A stretch of DNA of 35,425 nt from Pirellula sp. (GTDB taxonomy: Bacteria > Planctomycetota > Planctomycetia > Pirellulales > Pirellulaceae). Of the stretch, positions 29,024 through 35,425 are shown piece after piece (the first letter of the stretch is position 1; each line of letters starts with the position of its first letter). The position numbers and the translations under genes are program-made. The notes beneath the pieces were generated by a model, which was given only the letters and a program-made list of their open reading frames with translations, did not search any database and was not told the DNA's origin. The stretch spans positions 1-35,425 of the forward strand of contig JALOQW010000001.1 in the NCBI GenBank assembly GCA_025459275.1. Reading direction: 5' to 3'.

Positions 29024-30180
29024 TTGGCGGTCACGCTCCACAACAGTTCATCCGCCAAAAAATAAAGATTCATGCAAGTGTGCGCGACGATGGGCCCCAG
29101 CAGGCGGCGAGTTTTGTAAAACCACACCCCCAGGGCCAGGCCTGTGATCCCAATCAATACTGCCCCCCATACTCCTTGGTAAATGTGGTAGCTGGCAAAC
29201 AGGAGTGCGGGTACTGACACAGTCAGGAATGCGTTGCCGGCCAGTTGTTCTACGCGAACGGTCAGATAACCACGCATGACCAGTTCTTCCGCAATGCTGT
29301 TCAGCAGGACTGCCAACAATCCGCTCCCCAGCAGCGCGATCCACCCTTCGATTCCTGTCGGTAGGGATTCCGGAGACTCGGCTGAAAAATCCGGGATTCC
29401 CAAGATGGAAATCAGCCCAATGTTTAGCGTCACCAGCCCCATCCCTATAGCAATCCCCAGAATTGTGTCCGGAACGGCTTTCTCCAGCGTTATGCCGTAC
29501 GGCCTAAGGCTTCCGCGAACCAGCAGGACTGCCAAAACGCAGACGATGACGATGAAGGATCGCGAGGTCAGATTCGCATTGTTTTGTGTAGACAGAAAGC
29601 CAATGTAGGAGCTTTCCCCTTCATTCAGGGCCTGCCAATGATATATCGCCCAGACTTGGTAGGGCATGTACGCCAGTCCGAGGACTACCATGCATTCGAG
29701 AATCAAGAACCACGGAGCATTGAGGAATTGCTCCGCGCGTTGAAACATTCGGGTCTTGGATGACTGGATGGTTGCTTGGCACACCTCCTTGGTGAGAGTG
29801 GGATCCGATTCTGCAGGTACGTCGACATATCGCCGACATAGGGGACAATTCTCCACTCGGTTGGCGTTCTCCGCTCCGATGGCGATCAGCTCCCTGCAGC
29901 CAGAGCAACGAAAAACAATCCACTGGTCCTTGCCAGCATCGACACGATCAGCGCGACTTTTGCGCCATGCATCAAGGACCTCACGAGCAATTGAAGCTTG
30001 GCTCAAGGGTACCTGGACTTTCACGCCACCGACCGCTCCCGCGAGAAGCCAATCGTTGGCGATCAGCGTCGCGTTCTCGGTAAAGCAATCGATACCGTTC
30101 TCTGCCAATACCGCGACAGCAACATTGGCTTCGTGAACCGAGTCAAACGATTCGATGGTCGTGAACGATAGGGGCTGCAT
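29020..30180 (-). CDS. CPBP (Abi/CAAX-type) intramembrane metalloprotease with N-terminal DUF2007-like domain and Zn ribbon
   Basis: CPBP motifs EELVMRG, FASYH, AHTCMN; N-terminal 'HEANVAVAVLAENGIDC...GGVKVQV...AREVL'; CSGC...CPLC. Start placed at ATG 30180. Confidence 0.88.
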   Translation of the reverse strand: MQPLSFTTIESFDSVHEANVAVAVLAENGIDCFTENATLIANDWLLAGAVGGVKVQVPLSQASIAREVLDAWRKSRADRVDAGKDQWIVFRCSGCRELIAIGAENANRVENCPLCRRYVDVPAESDPTLTKEVCQATIQSSKTRMFQRAEQFLNAPWFLILECMVVLGLAYMPYQVWAIYHWQALNEGESSYIGFLSTQNNANLTSRSFIVIVCVLAVLLVRGSLRPYGITLEKAVPDTILGIAIGMGLVTLNIGLISILGIPDFSAESPESLPTGIEGWIALLGSGLLAVLLNSIAEELVMRGYLTVRVEQLAGNAFLTVSVPALLFASYHIYQGVWGAVLIGITGLALGVWFYKTRRLLGPIVAHTCMNLYFLADELLWSVTAN

Positions 30181-30334
30181 GGCAGGGATCACCCAACTTG
30201 GACAGGCATTGCGTTGAACACGGGGGGCAAAGCGTGACGGACGCAGTGCGTGTCCTAGCGTTCCCCCATAAAACTTCATAATCAAAATAATCAAAACTGT
30301 ATAGCGACAGTTAGAAATCCCCACCGAGCCCCGC

Positions 30335-30484
30335 GGGGACACACACTTTTCACTCGGCTTCGACGCGGGGTATGTCCCCGCGTCGGAGTCCTCCCCGCGT
30401 CGGAGCCCCCTTCGCCTCAGTCGTCCCTTCAAGTCGCATTGCAGGCATTCTGAAATGAGCCTCCGGCGAAAAGTGTGTGTCCCC
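30335..30484. mobile_element. MITE/REP-like element, copy 1 (150 bp)
   Basis: Perfect 17-bp terminal inverted repeats GGGGACACACACTTTTC (30335-51) / GAAAAGTGTGTGTCCCC (30468-84); internal hairpin; no coding capacity. Confidence 0.75.
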
Positions 30485-30511
30485 AGGGAGCGTCTTTACT
30501 TTGTCGGTATT

Positions 30512-30756
30512 AGGTCCGAAGGACCGGCAGAACTTTAGCCCGGACCGACAGGTCCGGGTAACACGACCTACGGTAGCCCCAAGCCCCGGATGGGGCGACA
30601 GAAGAATCGTTGCGCACAATCACGCCCGATCCGTTTCCAATGATCGGTGCACCACGACGGTGTTTCTGTCGGCCCTACAGGCCTTGCTGAGGCTCCTCCA
30701 ATCGCGAACCGGCAGCTATCGCTGCCGGCTTAAGTTCTGCCAGGCCATTCGGCCCT
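30512..30756. repeat. Nested palindromic (REP/REPIN-like) element
   Basis: Outer arms GGCAGAACTTTAGCC / GGCTTAAGTTCTGCC (14/15 complementary); inner arms ...GCGACAGAA / TTCTGTCGG...; local hairpins GGTCCGAAGGACC, CCCGGACC-gaca-GGTCCGGG, GCCCC-ggat-GGGGC, CCGGCAGC-tatc-GCTGCCGG. Confidence 0.7.
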
Positions 30757-30796
30757 CAAACCAATCCGCTGACACGTTGAAACGAACGAGCCCCGC

Positions 30797-30929
30797 GGGG
30801 ACACACACTTTTCACTCGGCTTCGACGCGGGGTATGTCCCCGCGTCGGAGCCCCCTTCGCCTCAGTCGTCCCTTCAAGTCGCATTGCAGGCATTCTGAAA
30901 TGAGCCTCCGGCGAAAAGTGTGTGTCCCC
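30797..30929. mobile_element. MITE/REP-like element, copy 2 (133 bp)
   Basis: Direct repeat of copy 1 with the same TIRs (30797-813, 30913-929); lacks the 17-bp internal duplication. Confidence 0.75.
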
Positions 30930-30932
30930 AGG

Positions 30933-31128
30933 CAATCGTGGCCTTGAGCTCCGTGCGATTGTTCATCGCATCGAAGGACTGGTTTAAAGTAACCGTAGGG
31001 GCCGTGGTGATGGTTCGCAGAGTCGAACCATTGCTCGCATTGGCTGCATCGCCGAAGATCTGCTGCATGTTCGTTGTGGACTCAGACCCAGAGACCGTGA
31101 TCGAAATTGGCGGTGTCGGATTGCGGCG
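30933..31128 (-). pseudogene. Gene remnant, partly RHS/YD-repeat-like
   Basis: Open frame ...TPPISITVSGSESTTNMQQIFGDAANASNGSTLRTITTAPTVTLNQSFDAMNNRTELKATI ends at the repeat boundary. FDAMNNRT resembles a YD-repeat unit (YDxxGNxT). Confidence 0.45.
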
Positions 31129-31255
31129 TCAGAAGGAGAGAAGTCTCTGACCGGCGTCTCAAGGCGAGTCACTTACGATTGGTGCAGACGCTGTGCAGAT
31201 GTCAAGAAAAATCCTTTTGGGAATGTTCGATCTTCACAAAGCGCGTTCCACTCAC

Positions 31256-31275
31256 CGGGGGGCTTGCCCCCTCCG
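31256..31275. repeat. Short GC hairpin (REP-like half or terminator-like stem)
   Basis: GGGGG-CTTG-CCCCC stem-loop downstream of the FadL-like gene; no U-tract. Confidence 0.35.
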
Positions 31276-31392
31276 CTAGAAACGAGATGTCCTTAATCCT
31301 CTCCTCCACGCCATGGATGTCAGTAGATGGATAGCCAAATCGCAGTGCCTGTCATTCCTTTCCCGTTGCAGCAATCAGAGAGCGCTGATGTA

Positions 31393-32634
31393 CTAGTAGA
31401 AGACCGAGATACCGGCCGTCAGGAAGTTGGCATACATGCTGTTGCTGAATTCCGCACCTGGAAACACCTCGGTAGTCAACGTGTTGTTGAACATATGAGA
31501 ATAGGCGGCGTTGAATGCAAGGCTTCGATTGGGCGTAATGGAGAAGCCGGTGCTCAACATATGCTCATAAAAAAGAGGTGTGGCGATATTGACGACCGCT
31601 TCGCTATCCTTGATCGGACTTTGATTGTAGGTGTAGCCACCTCGCAACGCGAACATATCTCCGAAGGAGCGTTGAGCGCCAAGGGAAACCGCAACGACAG
31701 AACTCCAGTCGAGACCTCCCAGACCATCTGGCGTTAAGACAGCGCGATCGCCCAGGCCCGCAGTGTTTTCGTAATCGAAGTAGCGAACGTCCATCGCAAA
31801 GAGCCAATTCTCGATCCCCGCATAGGATGTTCCTACCGAGACGATCATCGGTAAATCGATGTCTGCAGAAACGACCCTTGGAGCACCGTTACCATCCGAC
31901 GTGTTGAACTCGAAGTCGGAGATCCATTGTGTGCTCTTGAAGGACGAACCGACGCGCCAATCGTCGTTGACGATGTAATACACACCACATTGAACCCCGC
32001 CCCCCCACTCGTACTCCGTCGCGTAGCCCTGAGCAAATCCGGTCGGGTTTGGAGCTGCCAAGACAAAGGGGTCGACTTGAACCGTGCCGGTTACGATCGT
32101 GGGACCGGCACCAATCGAGAGCTTGTCAGTGACTGCGTACGACAACACGGGCGCGATTTGGAAGAATTGTGCTTGCGCGAAGATCGGCGCGTTGGGCGAG
32201 AAGGACGAAGTCACAGGGTTGTTCGGATCGATGGGAAGACTGGTCTTGAATCCTGCGACCGCATTCACCCCCAATCCCAGAGTGACCTCAGGGATCCCGG
32301 TTTTGTATACCCAACTGATATTGGGAATGGGTACTGTACCCGTGGTGGACAGGGTCTCTACATCGAGGCCTGGAGCCGACACTCCTACCGTTTGCTGCGA
32401 CCACAACACATCGAGACCGAACGCCATTTCCGATCGTTCCATGCCAGAGATCGATGCGGGATTCCAATAAATCGCACCGATGGAGTCGATAGGGGCAGCC
32501 ACCGAAGCGCCACCCATACTGCGGTTGATGGGACCAGCAGCGGAAAGGTAGAGCCCTTGTGCCATCGCCGAAGGCCCAATGCCGAGTCCTAACGCCAGCG
32601 CGAATAGCTTTGTTGAATTGTGGATCTTCGCCAT
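31393..32634 (-). CDS. OmpP1/FadL/TodX family outer-membrane transporter
   Basis: Signal peptide AMA|QG; hatch motif SMGGASVA...AIYWNPA; alternating beta-strands; DLPMIVSVG, LRGGYTY; C-terminal aromatic residue (SVFY); RBS GGAGA before ATG 32634. Confidence 0.92.
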   Translation of the reverse strand: MAKIHNSTKLFALALGLGIGPSAMAQGLYLSAAGPINRSMGGASVAAPIDSIGAIYWNPASISGMERSEMAFGLDVLWSQQTVGVSAPGLDVETLSTTGTVPIPNISWVYKTGIPEVTLGLGVNAVAGFKTSLPIDPNNPVTSSFSPNAPIFAQAQFFQIAPVLSYAVTDKLSIGAGPTIVTGTVQVDPFVLAAPNPTGFAQGYATEYEWGGGVQCGVYYIVNDDWRVGSSFKSTQWISDFEFNTSDGNGAPRVVSADIDLPMIVSVGTSYAGIENWLFAMDVRYFDYENTAGLGDRAVLTPDGLGGLDWSSVVAVSLGAQRSFGDMFALRGGYTYNQSPIKDSEAVVNIATPLFYEHMLSTGFSITPNRSLAFNAAYSHMFNNTLTTEVFPGAEFSNSMYANFLTAGISVFY

Positions 32635-32822
32635 CTCAGCACTTCTCCATCCATAAAGACGCACGCATCACGATCCTTCGCAACGCTGGGTCGGAACCCA
32701 TTAACAGACTTGCTGAACATCGGGCCTCCCAATCCATTAATTCATAGAAATTGGAATCACCGTCTCATTTTGCCTAGCTTGCCAAGCTCCTAGCCCCGAA
32801 CGCATGGCAAGGTGACGTAGAG

Positions 32823-32850
32823 AAAAACAGTGGGTTAACACCCACCGCTC
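32823..32850 (-). terminator. Rho-independent terminator after the WD40/TPR gene
   Basis: Minus strand reads GCGGTGGG-TGTTAA-CCCACTGT-TTTT, directly after the TGA at 32854. Confidence 0.65.
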
Positions 32851-32853
32851 GCC

Positions 32854-35425
32854 TCATCGCAGTCCCATCAGAAGCTGTTCCAGCTCGTGCGCGAACTGCT
32901 TGAGTTCGACATTCTGGATTCGAAGAATGCGAGCCTCTTTGCGGCGGCCCGTCAGAAGCGATTGAGCCTGCATCCGTTTCCATTCTTCGATTCGATGCAA
33001 GTCGCGATCGAGAGTCTGGCTCAGTTCAGACGCCCGCGGATCTCCGCTTCGAATCAGGCGGGCCATGCTCATGGCGCGAAACATCCAATCGACCGGTTCG
33101 TTGCCGGCACGATCAATTCTCATGGACTCGTTAGCAGCTCGGATGGCATCGTCCATCCGTTCCATTCGATAATAAAGTAGCGATAGCGTATTCCAGTAGG
33201 TGCCGCGCTGTGTTCGGTTGCAGATCTCTTCCATGGGTTGGACAAATCGATCGAGTTCCATTCGAAGATCGGGGGTCAAACTACAGGTCCACGCCACCAG
33301 GTTCACATCGGCATCCGACTTGGAGTCTCCCAGTCGATCGATCATCGATAGGCATTCTTCTCGGAGGGATTCCAAATCGCCTTTAGCCAAATAGTTTCTG
33401 CAAAGGAGGCTTCGGACGGACAAATTGTCTCGCATGGAGAGCGCTTTTTGCAGGTCCGTCTCGGCTCCCTCATAGTCGGTGTGCATCGAACGCACGCGTC
33501 CTCGATGATACCAGTGAGAGGCGGTCTCGGGTTCCAGTTCCATGAGTCGAGTCAAATGAAACTCCAACGCAAATCGGTCGTCAAGGCTGTTGGCCTGAAG
33601 ATAACCGTCTCTGTGCCACGCCAACAGTTGGTCCTGGTAGTTGGATGGCGGTTTTCGAAACCTCTCGGTGCTCCAAAGGCTCATTCGGCGGCCTTCACAG
33701 CGTAGAATCTTCTTGGAATCTGGGCTGAATGCGACGATGCTGTTTTGCCCTCGAAGTTCATCGAGCACCATCAACTCGAATCCTCGATGCGTATCAAAGA
33801 GCCGGATCGTCTCATCCTTGCTCACGGAGACAAGTCGCTCACCATCGGTACTGAACGCGATGGATGTCACTGAATCCGAATGCCCGGTCATCGTAGCGAC
33901 AGGCAGTGCATTCCCATATTCGGAAGTCGTAGTTGTATCCCATAGTTCAATCGCCGAGCGTTCGGAGGCTACCGCAAGCTGAACTCCATCAGGATGAAAC
34001 TCCATGGAATGCACTTTAGAGGCTAAGGGGTGCGAGCCTAATCGCCGCAATTGATTCATATCCCATACATCAATGCGTCCTCGCGAAGGGATCGCGATGG
34101 CGAGCCGATCGGTTCGTGCCGAGTAGGCGGCCTTGGCCACAAATGGCTGGACATCTACACTCTCCTCGAGGTTTTGGTAACTCCAGATCGACTCTTGGGT
34201 CGACAAGTTCCATCGATGGATCGCTCCTCGGTCATCGACCGATACAACCGATTCACCTGGTTCTTGGATCCATGCCCCTTGTAGGCTCGCATCGTGACCT
34301 TTCAGGCAGTGAGTTTGCGAGCCGGACTCGACGTCCCAGACCCTGATGGTTCGATCCGAGGATCCAGACACCAGAGAATCACCGCTCGTGTCAAATGACA
34401 TGCAAGTGACCCAGTCGGTATGCCCTAGGAAGGTCCGTTCGAGTTGCAGGGTCTGCGAGTTATAAAGCTCCAAACGAGGCTTTCCGCTCGCGGTTGCTCC
34501 GCGCGAATTCAAACGTTCAATACCGACTGCAAACTGTGCCTTTCGCGGACGAAACATTGCGGTCGCAATACCACCAACCGTTCCAAGCCGTTCGCGATAG
34601 TAAGGACTTCGATCGGCAACATCCCAGATGCAAACGGTACCATCTGCACCACCGGTAAGGAACCAACGGCCACTTGCATCGAACGCAAGCGCTAGGACGT
34701 GTCCGTGATGGGAATGAAACTTCTGCAAGACTCGAGCGGTCTCAGCGCTTCGAATATCAGCGCCCTCGGAGAAGACCGACGACGCGACTGTCATTCCATC
34801 CGGTGAATAGCAAAGTTGCGGAGACTTGGTTCGCATTTCTGTATCCTTCAAGGTCAATTGTCCTTGATCGAAACTAAAATGACGAATCAGGCCACCGTAA
34901 TCGCAAACACTTAAACGGGTACCATCACGATTCCATATCACCTGACGGCAATCACCGAGCCCCTGCAGTTTCAATATTCGCTGTCCATGCACGAGATCCC
35001 AGATGCACAACACACCATCGCGTGAAGAAGTCGCGAGGTACTTTCCGTCCTGCGATACGTTCAGACAGAGTATCAGGCTTCCGTTGCCGTTCCATTCTCG
35101 CTGGATCTCACCGGTTGTTGCATCAACAACTAGAATCGAACCATCCACGGAACCGACATAGATCGATTGTCCATCCGGGCTATAGGCAGCGGTCTTGGCA
35201 CTCCGTTCAATCACGACAGAAGTCGGTTGACCCTGAGCGAGGTCCCATTCGATGACCTTCCCTGGCACACTTGAATCTTCCCACACCGTAGAGACAGTCA
35301 ACAGTCGTTTCCCATTCGGACTGAATCGAACCGTCATGACGGATCCGTTTGTATGTCCCAGCAGTCTCGCGACCTCGGTATTTGTCTGTCGGTCCCACAC
35401 ATGGACAAATTGCTCCGAGTCATCG
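32854..35425 (-). CDS. WD40 repeat + TPR protein, partial (possibly the C-terminal part of a Ser/Thr kinase-WD40-TPR protein)
   Basis: Frame stays open to the right edge (DDSEQFVHVWD...). More than 10 WD40 repeats (GHTDWVTCMSFD...SGSSDRTIRVWD), then TPR-like helices (NLVAWTC, YWNTLSLLYYR, DWMFRAM). No kinase domain is visible; that part is inferred from a common planctomycete architecture. Confidence 0.88.
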   Translation of the reverse strand, partial: DDSEQFVHVWDRQTNTEVARLLGHTNGSVMTVRFSPNGKRLLTVSTVWEDSSVPGKVIEWDLAQGQPTSVVIERSAKTAAYSPDGQSIYVGSVDGSILVVDATTGEIQREWNGNGSLILCLNVSQDGKYLATSSRDGVLCIWDLVHGQRILKLQGLGDCRQVIWNRDGTRLSVCDYGGLIRHFSFDQGQLTLKDTEMRTKSPQLCYSPDGMTVASSVFSEGADIRSAETARVLQKFHSHHGHVLALAFDASGRWFLTGGADGTVCIWDVADRSPYYRERLGTVGGIATAMFRPRKAQFAVGIERLNSRGATASGKPRLELYNSQTLQLERTFLGHTDWVTCMSFDTSGDSLVSGSSDRTIRVWDVESGSQTHCLKGHDASLQGAWIQEPGESVVSVDDRGAIHRWNLSTQESIWSYQNLEESVDVQPFVAKAAYSARTDRLAIAIPSRGRIDVWDMNQLRRLGSHPLASKVHSMEFHPDGVQLAVASERSAIELWDTTTTSEYGNALPVATMTGHSDSVTSIAFSTDGERLVSVSKDETIRLFDTHRGFELMVLDELRGQNSIVAFSPDSKKILRCEGRRMSLWSTERFRKPPSNYQDQLLAWHRDGYLQANSLDDRFALEFHLTRLMELEPETASHWYHRGRVRSMHTDYEGAETDLQKALSMRDNLSVRSLLCRNYLAKGDLESLREECLSMIDRLGDSKSDADVNLVAWTCSLTPDLRMELDRFVQPMEEICNRTQRGTYWNTLSLLYYRMERMDDAIRAANESMRIDRAGNEPVDWMFRAMSMARLIRSGDPRASELSQTLDRDLHRIEEWKRMQAQSLLTGRRKEARILRIQNVELKQFAHELEQLLMGLR

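Noticed and set aside
30297-30310. LexA/SOS box (CTGT...ACAG)
   Set aside because: The spacer is 6 nt, not the 8 nt of the gammaproteobacterial box, and that box is not expected in this lineage.
30181-30432. N-terminal extension of the CPBP ORF given in the track
   Set aside because: It runs through the AT-rich patch and the MITE-like element; the recognisable domain starts at ATG 30180.
30325-30932. CRISPR array interpretation of the repeats
   Set aside because: Only two long copies (133-150 bp), no regular short repeat-spacer period and no cas genes.

Overview
Gene-dense bacterial window, very likely a planctomycete (Pirellula-like), judged from its DUF1501, DUF1549/DUF1553 and planctomycete-cytochrome genes. 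Left to right it holds: (i) a minus-strand envelope operon of a transglutaminase-like lipoprotein, a GT-C (ArnT/PMT-like) glycosyltransferase and an AsmA-like protein that runs off the left edge and is missing from the ORF track; (ii) a hypothetical gene, a ~95-nt intergenic hairpin, a small membrane ORF and ribonuclease Y (rny); (iii) two closely spaced giant uncharacterised genes (1163 and 2278 aa) that appear to encode three paralogous ~1100-aa 'signal peptide + beta-rich ectodomain + 3 TM' modules, with an internal signal-peptide-like segment in the larger protein; (iv) a 2-TM protein and a stand-alone Lon N-domain protein; (v) the four-gene DUF1501 / PPC / DUF1549-1553 / cytochrome-WD40-coiled-coil module; (vi) a DUF2007-Zn-ribbon-CPBP protease fusion; (vii) a ~1-kb zone with two MITE-like copies, a nested palindromic element and an RHS-like remnant; (viii) a FadL/OmpP1-family outer-membrane protein and the 3' part of a WD40/TPR gene. 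I saw no tRNA, rRNA, CRISPR array or transposase. All family calls come from motif recognition by eye, not database searches.
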